Origin: Thraustochytrium aureum
Taxonomy: Eukaryota
Reading direction: 5' to 3'
Assembly (NCBI GenBank): GCA_012862495.1
Contig: BLSG01000154.1
Location: 78,261-101,633, forward strand
DNA length: 23,373 nucleotides
Part shown: positions 9,301-19,419 of the stretch, in pieces
How the letters are laid out: every line of letters begins with the position of its first letter
How positions within the stretch are numbered: the stretch's first letter is position 1
Notes under the pieces: generated by a model
The model's database searches: none
What the model saw: the letters and a program-made list of their open reading frames with translations, nothing else
What the model was told of the DNA's origin: nothing
Program-made: the position numbers and the translations under genes

Positions 9301-12300
9301 TCGCGAATGGCGCGCAACTGAAGGTAGCGAATGTGTCCGCCGTCGGCCACGCCGGCGATTTCAGATGCGTGGTCTCGAACGGAGCTGGAAGCGTGCGCAG
9401 TAGGGCCCTCAACATTGTCGTTAACACGGCGCCGATAATCACGGTCCAGCCGCGGTCTCTGGTTGGCGATCCAAGTGAGCACGTGTTTCTCTCCGTGCGC
9501 GCCATTGGCGCAGAGCCGCTCCAGTACCTGTGGATGAAAAATGGTCAGTTTCTCAAGGAGGACCGGGCCGCGATGGCCAACTTGACGTTTCCCGGACTCG
9601 TGGAGCTTGACCAAGCAAGCTACTCGGTCGTGGTCCACAATCGCCTCGGATTTGCCGAGTCGATTCAAGTTACGATCGAGGTTCGTGACCCTCCCTTTGT
9701 GTACGAGCCCGCGGGCCAAGCTCTCGTCGAGGTCGACCCTGGGGAGACTGCAACCTTTCTCTGCAAAGCGAACGGCACCGGGGAACTATCCTTTAGCTGG
9801 CTGGAGCGAGAGGCGCCTGGGCTCAACTTCACTCGAGTCGTTCGTGGCCGGGAGCGGTCTGGTTCTGGATGGTCAGAGCTCAACATATTTGACACAACCA
9901 ACGCGGACGAGCGCGAGTTTGCTTGCGTCGCAGCAAGCCGACTCGGCTCCGCTCAGTCCCAGTCGTTCACTCTCGCTGTGGCAGACGCGCCATACATAAT
10001 CGAACAGCCAGTCGACGTGTTTGCCGACCCGGGGTCCAGCGCAGGGCTGCAGGTCAAGGTGGGCGGGGCAAGGCCCATGGCGTTCGAGTGGCGCAAGAAC
10101 GGCAAGCCCATCCCGGGAGCCACCAACGAGTACCTCATCCTGCACAATGTGCAGTTTGCCGACGAGGCGGGATACGACGTGCGCATCACCAACCGCCTCA
10201 GCCCCGTCGCAGGCACGCTGTCGGCGGTCGCCAAGCTGAGAATCGCGCGCGCCCCAGAGTTTGTCCTCCAGCCGCCTCGCGCGACGATAGTTGACCCGGG
10301 CACGGACGTCGCACTAACTGCGCGGTTCGGCGGCGCTCCGCCAATGACCTACCAATGGGTGCGCCTCAACTCGAACGGAGTTGGCTGGCAAGTGCTCACC
10401 GAGAGACAGACGCAAGAGTCGCTCGAAGAGACCACNNNNNNNNNNNNNNNNNNNNNNNNNNNNNNNNNNNNNNNNNNNNNNNNNNNNNNNNNNNNNNNNN
10501 NNNNNNNNNNNNNNNNNNNNNNNNNNNNNNNNNNNNNNNNNNNNNNNNNNNNNNNNNNNNNNNNNNNNNNNNNNNNNNNNNNNNNNNNNNNNNNNNNNNN
10601 NNNNNNNNNNNNNNNNNNNNNNNNNNNNNNNNNNNNNNNNNNNNNNNNNNNNNNNNNNNNNNNNNNNNNNNNNNNNNNNNNNNNNNNNNNNNNNNNNNNN
10701 NNNNNNNNNNNNNNNNNNNNNNNNNNNNNNNNNNNNNNNNNNCTCTCTGGCGAGACTGGGTTTTCGCTCGATATCTCCCACATCTCGCAAGCGCACGAAG
10801 GTGAGTATCGCTGCTTTGCCGTCAACTCGGCGGGGGAGGGAAGCAAGGTGATTGCCCAGGTCGAGGTGCGCGACCCGCCTGCTCTCGTTTCGCTCTCCCC
10901 TGGCGGCAAGGGTGGCCTGCTCGCGCTCGACCCGGGTCAGCGCGTCACCATTGTTGCAGTGGTGACCGGGTTGGAGCCCTTTGTCTTTGAGTGGACGCTG
11001 AATGGCGACGTCGCCCAGGCTGGCCCGTCGCCAAGCTTTTCGTTCGATGCTACCGACGAGGGCTATGTCCGGCTTCGCGTCACAAACTTGCTTGGCGAGG
11101 ACTCTGGCTCCATTCAGGTGAGGCTGAACGAGCGGGCAAGTGTGGCCGCGGTGTCTCGCACTCCGGAAATCGGAAGGGTCATTCCTGGCGGCCTCGTTGA
11201 ACTTGCGTGCTCTGCGACTGGGTCCGAGCCCCTGGAGCTGTTCTGGCTTAAGGATGGGGAGCGCATTGCCTCGACGCATATCCAGGCTTTGGCTGTGGCG
11301 GGCAGCGGCAACACAACGGAGGCGAGTCGGCGCTTCCGCGTGGAGAACTCGCACAACTCTTCCAAGCTCCAAATTCGTGACGCAAGCTTCAGCGAGCACG
11401 ATGGCAACTACACTTGCGTCGCGGCGAACAGCGCCAACCCGAACGGCGACCGCTCCGAGGCGCAGCGCGTGGTTGTTGTGCGCGCCCCCAAGGTCTCGGT
11501 GCTTGCACCAGAGGACATGACCCACTTTCCAGGAGCGAGTATCGAGTTTGCATGCCGTCTGGACGCGGGCACGCCTCCTTTCAGGGTCAACTGGCGCTAC
11601 ACCGAGAGCCTTGACGAGGGCACCCCCGTGCTTGCGCTGTGGAACATGAGCGACCCAAGCCAAGGAGGCGATAAGTACGACGGTGCCTACGAGGAGGCTG
11701 CTGTTGCGCCAATCCGGCTTGTGGTCAACCGCGCTGCGGAGAGCGACCAGGGTCTGTACTCGTGCCAAATTTGCAACGAAGCCGGCTGCGCGTCCTCACG
11801 GTGGGCCAGCCTCGGCGTCTACGACTCGCCGCGCATTGTCGATCAATTCCCGCCCCGACTCGCCCCAACCTGACGGCGAACCCAGGCGATCGCATCGAGT
11901 TTTCAGTAACTGCGACTGGGCTTGAACCGCTTGGCTTTTCCTGGGAGAAGGTGAGCGACGACGGCGTGCGCGAGGAGATCGTACTGGACGGGCAGCACAC
12001 CTTTCTCATGCCCGAGAACTGCGCGAAAGCCAACGAAGCTTGCAAGTTGGTGCTGGGGCGCGTCAAGTCTGGTGACCAGGGTGTCTACAGGTGCATCGTG
12101 TCGAACGCTCTCGGCATGACAACGTCGATCGGGGCTGCTCTGAGCGTAAACGCGCCACCCTCCCTTCGCAGCGCAGACGCATGGCCAAGCAACTTGGTCA
12201 CGGCCTGTCCTGGCCGCCAGTTCAGGCACGTGGTCGAGCTCAGCGGAACGCGGCCAATTTCCGTCGATTGGCACTTTGCTCGCTCGTTCCCGGAAGCAGG

Positions 12301-15300
12301 CGCTATTTTCCAGTCCCCGGCGCGGTGGACGAGCAAGATTGTCTCGGAAGCGGCCAATGGTCTCGCTCTTGTCATAGAAGCGCCTGCATTCTCCGACGAG
12401 GGCTTTTACGCATTTAAAGCTACAAACGCGGCTGGCGAGCTGCGATCCGGCCTCGCGCGTCTTGAGGTGAATGAGGGGCCCTCTGCTGCGGCGGACGCGG
12501 CCGGCATTTCGCCTCGTCACGCGGTGACTCTGCCGCAAACGTTTACTCGACTCCACGGCACTGCGTCCAAGAATGGTGTGGCCTTTCAGTGGGAGCTCCT
12601 GGACGCTCCGCAGCCAGTGTCAGGTTCGGCCGTGAAGATTCTTGCGCCTGGAGCTGTGAGCACCGACGTTGTCGGGCTCGACCAGCCTGGCCGCTACACA
12701 TTTCAGCTCACAGTGACTGGCGCAAATGGATGCAAGAGCGTCGACACCGTGTCGGTCCACGTCCACAACGCGCCAGTTCCCGTGGCCTCCGATGTCACTG
12801 CGACGCTTCCCCTTGCTGGGCCCGTCGTGCTCGACGGATCCCTGAGCCACGATGCCGACGCGGACGGCGTCGTGGCAAGCTTCCGTTGGACGATTGAAAG
12901 GCTGAACGGCGCCCTGGAGGATCTTGGCTCTGCGCGATTGGCGTCTCCGGCTTCAAGCCGGACGGAGCTTGTCGGGCCCGAGGTTGGTGAGTACACGGTA
13001 GCGCTTGCTGTGACGGACGGGGACGGTGCGACGAGTGTCAAGCGCATCAACGTGTTTGTGGTCGCCGTGAGCATCCTGAGCCCGACGTTGCCCCTGTACG
13101 CGCCGTTCGTGATCGGCAACTGCTTCGAGCATGTCATAAGCGTGATCCTCACAGGACCACTCCCCAACAAGCAGGACACCTTGGTGGAGCTGAGCTTGGA
13201 GCACGATGCCTCAAACGCGAGCGACCCAATCGCCGCCGGCCCTGTCGGGGCCTTGGCAGTGACTTCTGCGTCCGGGGAGCTCGAGTCGTACGCGATCACT
13301 TCAATGTATAGGGTTGGACATGGCGTGCCACCTGGGAGCTCTCGTGTTGTCGTGACCATTGACAACCAGGCTGGCGCCCGAGCTTGGACCGCGAGCTTTG
13401 ACGTCGTCCTTCCGTTTCGCTACAAATCCAGCAACGACGAATGGCTCGACTGTGACTGCTCACGCGGCACTCGCCGTCGCTCGGTGACGTGCGTCGGCTT
13501 TGGCGTGGACTCTGGCGCCGGAAGCGCGTCGTGCAGGTGGATTGAGGCCGAGCACGACCCTTCGCAGTGTGCAAAGTTCGCTCGAGAGCCCGTTCAGGAG
13601 ACGCAGTGTCCAATTGGAGCGTGTGGCGCAGCGACTGCGACGTGGGTTGTTGGTCAGTGGTCGCGACAGCCTTTGGTTGCTGAGGCGGATGCATTTTGCC
13701 AAGCACAGCCGTGCGGCGCAGAACGCGCGCGTGTTGTTGCCTGTCATGACGGGGACGGTCAGCCCGTGAAGGAGAGCCTGTGCCAGGGACTCGAAAAGCC
13801 CGCCTCAAAGCAAGTGTGCCAATCGCCAAGGCACAACTGCTTGCGCGTTGATACTCAGCCATTTGCGAGCCTTGACGAGGCTCGAGTTCAAACCGGCAAG
13901 TGCGTTCCCGTGGCGCGGTCCCGGGACAACTCGTCGCTTACCTCGATGTGCGTCGACCGTTCTTCGGGGCTTCCCTTCTGGCCCAAGGCCGCCATGACGT
14001 CGCCTTGCAGCGCCCAGGCAAATCACGACCAGACGCTGTGTGGCAACGTGTGGGTCTTGTCGGACTGGCGCTGCCAGCGCGCTACAAACAGCGCCACCCG
14101 CGACGTGTGGTGCGCGAGTTCGTCGACGTGGGAGCGCCTCGACGAGGCTAAATGCGACCCGGGCGCCAAGCCGCAGCAGAGCGGTCCTTGCGTCCAAGAA
14201 AGCGCGTTGGATGCCAGCGGGCTGGCGCATCACTGGCGCATCGAGGCGTGGGGCGAGTGCCCCAAGCTTGCATGCGAGCGAGAGGTCTTGCAAGGCTTTC
14301 ATCGGCGTTTTCGGGAGCGGCGCGTGACATGCCTCAACCAGCGGGGCGAGGCTGCCTCAGACGCGCGGTGCGCCTCGCCCAAGCCGCGAACTGTAGAGCA
14401 GTGCCCCGGTGCGTGCCCTGGAGACTGCGAGTCGACGTGTGGACCCCACGGGACGTGCAACCCGGCCACGCTCGGGTGTCTGTGCGACTTGGGGTGGACC
14501 GGTGCGGCGTGTAGTGAAAGGGCCGCCGGCCTTGCTGAGTGTCCAGATGGACAATTGCGAGACCCACAGGGCGCGTGCTGCGCCTCTGGCGCGGCCGTGG
14601 GCAAAGATGGGACTTGCTGCGACTTGACAACGCAAGCTCTCGACAGAGACGGGCAGTGTTGCCAGGCTGCCCTTGTCGATGTCTGTGGCGTGTGCAACGG
14701 CGGCGCACAGTACGTAGACGTGCACGGGGCCTGCTGCACCGGTGCGCTTGACGCTGCTGGCAAGTGCTGCGAGAGTGGCGTTTTGGACCGGTGCGGCGTT
14801 TGCCAGGGAACGGGCGAGTCGTGCAACGTTGAGCTGGCCCTCGACGGCGAGCTGGAGGTTCCTGCAGGTGCGCTGGACAATCCCGACCCTGCGCAAGTCA
14901 AGCGCGAGGTGTTGGACACGTTTCGCAGATCCCTTGGGCCGCAACGCGCAAGGCACACCCGAGGTCACGGTCGATCGTGCACAGTGAGCTGGATGGGCGC
15001 CGCGCACTCGCCGCGCTGTCGACCGGCGCGCGCCTCGGGTTTCCGCCCAAGTGCTAGTGCTTCCAAGCGCAGACTTTACGTTGGGGATGCCGAGCAAGNN
15101 NNNNNNNNNNNNNNNNNNNNNNNNNNNNNNNNNNNNNNNNNNNNNNNNNNNNNNNNNNNNNNNNNNNNNNNNNNNNNNNNNNNNNNNNNNNNNNNNNNNN
15201 NNNNNNNNNNNNNNNNNNNNNNNNNNNNNNNNNNNNNNNNNNNNNNNNNNNNNNNNNNNNNNNNNNNNNNNNNNNNNNNNNNNNNNNNNNNNNNNNNNNN

Positions 15301-17644
15301 NNNNNNNCTTTACTGTTGGGGATGCCGAGCAAGCCTCAAACTGGGTCAACGGCAGCGTGACCAAGCTCGGCGCGTTTCAGGCCATAGCGCGCGGGGTTTG
15401 CGGAAACGGTATCTGTGAAGCGCAAGAGCGCTGCTTGATCGGCTCGGAGGGCTTTGGTTCTGGATCGGCCTGCTGTCCGTTCGACTGCCCCGTTCCAGCG
15501 CCACACATCGGTTGTGCTGCAGATTGCAGCGGGCACGGCAAGTGCTTCCCCGCGGACGGGCGTTGCGATTGTTTTCAGGGCTATGCTGGCGAGACCTGCG
15601 CATCGTGCGCCAGCGACGCCCGTCTCGTGGGTACAACGTGCATCCCGTCGTCGTGGGTCCCGAAACAGAGCGCGGCCGTTCTCAGCCTCGGTCGCCCACT
15701 GGGGCCCCGAGCCACGCTCCGAGCCAAGCCCCGAGCCTCGCCCCTGTTGCAGTCGCCGTGTCCAGCGTCGTAATTTGGTGGCCTGGTATCCTGCTCGGCC
15801 TGTTCCTGGCCGCGGTGTTGACCGCGGTATTGACTTGGTATCTCATGCGTAGGTGGCGCGAGCAAGAGCGGCTGCGCCGTGCTCGGCAAAAGTATGTGCA
15901 CGTCGACGACGACGGGGCAGACGGCAGCGTAGGGGGTGCTCAAACGGTGTTCCCGAGCGACGTGATTGGGTCGTTTTCCAAAGCCACCAAGCCGCAGGGC
16001 TGGATCTGGAAGCGCTCGCGCGCTGGGATGAACGGCAAACAGGTTTGGCAGCAGTGGTATGCAGTCTTGTCGGGCGACATGCTTTATCTGTTTTCCTCGG
16101 ACGAGGTCGTGCACAAGTCGCGCGTCTTGGAGCGAGACCCGACGATCGAGCGCGCCTGCGTCGACTTGAGCAGCGTTGACAGTGTTGTGGTGCGCGGCCG
16201 GCAAATAACAGCGGCAGGGACCAAGAAGCGCAAGGGCGGATGGCGGTTCGACGTTGTCCTGTCTAGCGCGGGTCAGGGGCGAGAGGAGATCGCTGACGTC
16301 TTGGACCACCCAGTGGTCCAGCGGCGGGACAACACGACGCGGTCGCTCGAAACAGTCGAGTTGATGTGCGATAGCCGAACGACATGGAGAGCTGGTCCGC
16401 CGCGCTCGGAAAGAGTGCTGTTCGAGGCTGCGTGCAAGGTGGCGTTGGCCTCGACAGCAGTAGAAGCAGTGGCACTAGCAGCAGGACGTCGCCTTCGCAC
16501 GCGTCGGAAAAGCGGATTGAGATCGCGCTTTCGCCTGGTACGGCGGCAAGCCCCGCGACGGCAAGCTCGCGAGGTTCGCGTGGCGACGATATCAGCGTCG
16601 CAACGAGCGGGGAAAGCAGCGCTGTGATGGAGGTTTGCAATCTTGTGGTCGGGAGCTTTTCTGGCGCGGTCGGGTACCGCGTCGCATACGAGGGCTGGAT
16701 CCGGGACGTTGCGCAGAATCGCAACGTATACGGCGTGCTTTTCGGAGATTTGGACGAGTTTGCGGCCTTTGAGACAATGTCCCCAGCCAAGGACGGGGCG
16801 CACCACTACGTCGGCAAGACGGTCGAGATCCGCCTTGCCAAAGTGAGCGAGGTGGTCTGCTGCAAGGGCTCCAACCGCATTGACTTACGGTATCTCCCGC
16901 CTGGCGGCGGGCCGGCGCGGGTCTTTACCTTTTTGGCCTCTGCGAGGAACCGGCCGGATTGGCAAAAGGCTCTGCAGCAACACATGCACTTTCGGCACGG
17001 TTTGGATGTGCAGGTTGAAAACTCGCCGGGGCCCGGGCAAGTGCAGCACGACAACGATCTCTTGGGCAGCCCTGCCGGCCCGATGGACGACGATTCGGCG
17101 GCTGCGGCTGCTGTCTCGGAGGCGCTCTCGAGCCTCAAGCTGCGGCGCGCGAGCTCGACAGNNNNNNNNNNNNNNNNNNNNNNNNNNNNNNNNNNNNNNN
17201 NNNNNNNNNNNNNNNNNNNNNNNNNNNNNNNNNNNNNNNNNNNNNNNNNNNNNNNNNNNNNNNNNNNNNNNNNNNNNNNNNNNNNNNNNNNNNNNNNNNN
17301 NNNNNNNNNNNNNNNNNNNNNNNNNNNNNNNNNNNNNNNNNNNNNNNNNNNNNNNNNNNNNNNNNNNNNNNNNNNNNNNNNNNNNNNNNNNNNNNNNNNN
17401 NNNNNNNNNNNNNNNNNNNNNNNNNNNNNNNNNNNNNNNNNNNNNNNNNNNNNNNNNNNNNNNNNNNNNNNNNNNNNNNNNNNNNCGAGAACGGGGGGAC
17501 CGGAACGAGCGCCACCCGCTGAGCGTGCCGGCGCTGCCGCGGAGGTCCTCACTTTCATCTGTGCTGGACTCGGCAACGAAACCTGCGCGGCGGCTCTCGG
17601 CGTGGTCGCAGGACTCGGAGATGAGCGAGTTTGAGGTGGTGTAA
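6369..17644 (+). CDS. Giant type I transmembrane receptor/adhesion protein: SP - EVQ/GGTF repeats - PKD - ~13 Ig - 2 PKD - TSP1-like x4 - EGF - Cys-rich - EGF - Pro/Ser stalk - TM - PH - PH (~3,600-3,700 aa)
   Basis: Assembled from ORFs 6369-, 6788-, 8535-, 11762-, 15051-, 15512-, 16384- and 16880- (C-terminus ...DSEMSEFEVV*, TAA 17642-17644). Domain motifs continue across the frame junctions, e.g. ADEG|EYRCVLTN at 9085-9088, DQFP|TRPNLTANPGD at ~11850, ELMCDS|DMESWSAAL at ~16380. Signal peptide ...AWTTALSLVAAVLFAAAGRQVDA. One TM, VIWWPGILLGLFLAAVLTAVLTWYLM, followed by basic RRWREQERLRRAR. Four N-gaps fall inside the gene. Confidence 0.8.
8591..12470 (+). other. Tandem array of ~13 I-set-like immunoglobulin domains within the giant gene
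   Basis: Repeated pattern xPG..(C/V).A.G..P....W......L.I......D.G.Y.(C/V)...N..G...S....L.V, e.g. PGDTVRFFCNATGSTPMQYEW...DQGDYSCTAKNRVG and PGGLVELACSATGSEPLELFWLKDG...HDGNYTCVAAN. One gap (10436-10742) makes the count 12-13. Confidence 0.9.
12470..13065 (+). other. Two PKD/KIAA0319-like domains (a third at ~8294-8590) flanking the Ig array
   Basis: Motifs LDGSLSHDADADGVVASFRW...GEYTVALAVTDGDG, LHGTASKNGVAFQW...PGRYTFQLTVTGANG and LDGSTSKAFYGASVVSFKW...PGVFGFSLVVKDSLG. Confidence 0.8.
13440..14825 (+). other. ADAMTS-type TSP1-like repeats (x4), an EGF domain and a DxxGxCC / DxCGVC Cys-rich repeat block
   Basis: WLDCDCSRGTRRRSVTC, WVVGQWS...CGAERARVVAC, WVLSDWRC...TRDVWC, WRIEAWGECP...RERRVTC; CGPHGTCNPATLGCLCDLGWTGAAC; DPQGACC, KDGTCC, DRDGQCC, DVCGVCNG, DVHGACC, DAAGKCC, DRCGVCQGTGESC. 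Confidence 0.8.
15099..15307. other. Assembly gap that is probably spurious because its flanks overlap; other gaps at 866-1052, 6890-7211, 10436-10742, 17162-17485, 19126-19353
   Basis: Left flank CTTTAC-GTTGGGGATGCCGAGCAAG (15074-15098) is repeated as right flank CTTTACTGTTGGGGATGCCGAGCAAG (15308-15333). Confidence 0.85.
15989..16986 (+). other. Two cytoplasmic PH-like domains
   Basis: PH1: KPQGWIWKRSRAGMNGKQVWQQWYAVLSGDMLYLFSS...ACVDLSSV...VELMCDS..DMESWSAAL. PH2: YEGWIRD...YGVLFG...VEIRLAKVSEV...VFTFLASARNRPDWQKALQQHM. Both have the beta1 GW motif and the C-terminal helix Trp. PH2 is the more divergent. Confidence 0.75.
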
Positions 17645-17897
17645 GGGCTCAAGGGATAATTTGGCCTCGACGATGGCACGTTCGTTGCTTTGATTGTTCG
17701 GTTTTGATTGATTGATTGATTGCAAGAGAAACAGAAAGGTACTTACTCTAGTAGTAGGCCCTAACTCTGGAGTTGAGCGGTTGCATGGTGCGAGGCATGG
17801 CGTGGGCGGCGCGAACGCTCCACCTGCCAACCGGACGGCATGCGGATCGGGGAGGCAGGCGCGGCGTGCGCCCAGGCTAATCGCGCGAAACTGGCGC

Positions 17898-17997
17898 GCG
17901 AGAGCCCGAAGCGAGAGCCCGAAGCGAGAGCCCGAAGCGAGAGCCCGAAGCGAGAGCCCGAAGCGAGAGCCCGAAGCGAGAGCCCGAAGCGAGAGCC
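17898..17997. repeat. Perfect minisatellite, 13-bp unit GCGAGAGCCCGAA x ~7.7
   Basis: Seven identical full units (17898-17988) plus a 9-bp partial unit. Confidence 0.95.
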
Positions 17998-18004
17998 TGG
18001 AGCT

Positions 18005-18495
18005 TCACTTGGCAAACTGGCGGTACGTGGTCACGCGGGGCATGAGCGAGCTCCCGTCGGGGCTCAAGTGGTAGGTCGTGTAGGTCGTGCCGAACGAGGG
18101 CTCGTCCTCGCAGCGCGGATCCAGACCGAGCGCGCGACTCTTACAGCGCGGAACCGAGCCGACATCCGACTCATCCACTAGCACGTACATCGTGTACGTC
18201 GTGCGTTTGCTGCACAGCTCGTTGTTATCGCCAACCCAGTACCTCTGGTACGTGACGTGCTTCTGCGGCCCGTTTCGCCGTCCGCTTCACCAGCGGCGTC
18301 CTCTGCCCAGGTCTCGGCGACAGGATCCTCACATCCCGTGCCGCATTCCGTCATCTCCAGCAGCAGCGACCCGCTGCGCCTCGTGCGCGTCGTCGTCGTC
18401 GTCGCGAGCGGACCGCCGTCAACCCCGTTTTCCAAGTTGACGTCGCCGGGGGGCTGCGCGATTCCCAACGCGGCATCAGAATCGCCAGCCGACAT
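18005..18495 (-). CDS. Small hypothetical protein (~163 aa) with an internal duplicated Tyr/Thr-rich motif; one apparent frameshift
   Basis: ORF 18178-18495 (MSAGDSDAALG...AEDAAGEADGE) joins the frame of ORF 18005-18190 if one base is added to the T run at 18273-18275, giving ...GENGPQKHVTYQRYWVGDNNELCSKRTTYTMYVLVDE...SFGTTYTTYHLSPDGSSLMPRVTTYRQFAK*. Confidence 0.6.
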
Positions 18496-19419
18496 CGCCG
18501 GGGCACTCGAGGGCTTTCAGGACCTGTTTCTCACCAGCGAATCGACCGTGGCCGGCGTCCTGCGTCAAACGTTGCTCGCTGCACCACCGCCTCGTCAACA
18601 ATACTGTCCAATCCCGCCAAGACCCGGGTCTGGTGCGCAGCGTCCCCCTTCAACGCATGGAGCCACTCGCAAGGTGACGCGCCGCATCGCGCCTATCAAA
18701 ACTGAGCAGAATCTCCTCCGCCCCACAAGACACCGCGAAATTCTCAAGAGGGTTCATCGAGGATCGCCCTGCCCAAACCTCCCGTAACCTAATCCAACCT
18801 AACCTAAGCGCGGGCGCGCGGAAAGCCGGCGCACCTTGTCCGTGCCTCCGCGGAATCTCAGTCGCCCAGGCGGGCCAGCTTGGCGGATTCCATCTCCCAG
18901 CCAAAAAGCAGGCTGCGGATTCTCAGTCGCGCGAGGAAGGGAATGTTCACCTGTTCTCGGTGCTCGGAGAGGAGCCCGCAGAGTGGTGTCGCAGAATGGC
19001 GATGCTCCCGGGAATCGCCCCATTGGCAGATGCCGAGCCGGGAGCTCGAGGAGCTCCATAGCCGTCCCGATTGTCAATCAATCCGTCCGTGGAGCAAGTC
19101 CTCCGAGCAATCGCGGACCCTGCGANNNNNNNNNNNNNNNNNNNNNNNNNNNNNNNNNNNNNNNNNNNNNNNNNNNNNNNNNNNNNNNNNNNNNNNNNNN
19201 NNNNNNNNNNNNNNNNNNNNNNNNNNNNNNNNNNNNNNNNNNNNNNNNNNNNNNNNNNNNNNNNNNNNNNNNNNNNNNNNNNNNNNNNNNNNNNNNNNNN
19301 NNNNNNNNNNNNNNNNNNNNNNNNNNNNNNNNNNNNNNNNNNNNNNNNNNNNNCTCGTTGCTATCTGTACCCACCACCCCCACCGTCGATAGCCTGACCT
19401 GCCGGCAAGCGCTGGCGGT

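Noticed and set aside
10314..11768. Long antisense ORFs (484 aa here, also 20085-21011, 21301-22095 and others)
   Set aside because: Shadow ORFs expected opposite GC-rich coding sequence; no recognisable motifs.
17898..17997. Possible CRISPR array or coding repeat (ESPKREPEARARS)
   Set aside because: Units are head-to-tail with no spacers, the context is eukaryotic, and the 13-bp unit is not a multiple of 3; the peptide repeat is a translation by-product.
18786..18807. (AACCT)n telomere-like repeat
   Set aside because: Only about four imperfect units in an interstitial position; not enough for a telomeric call.
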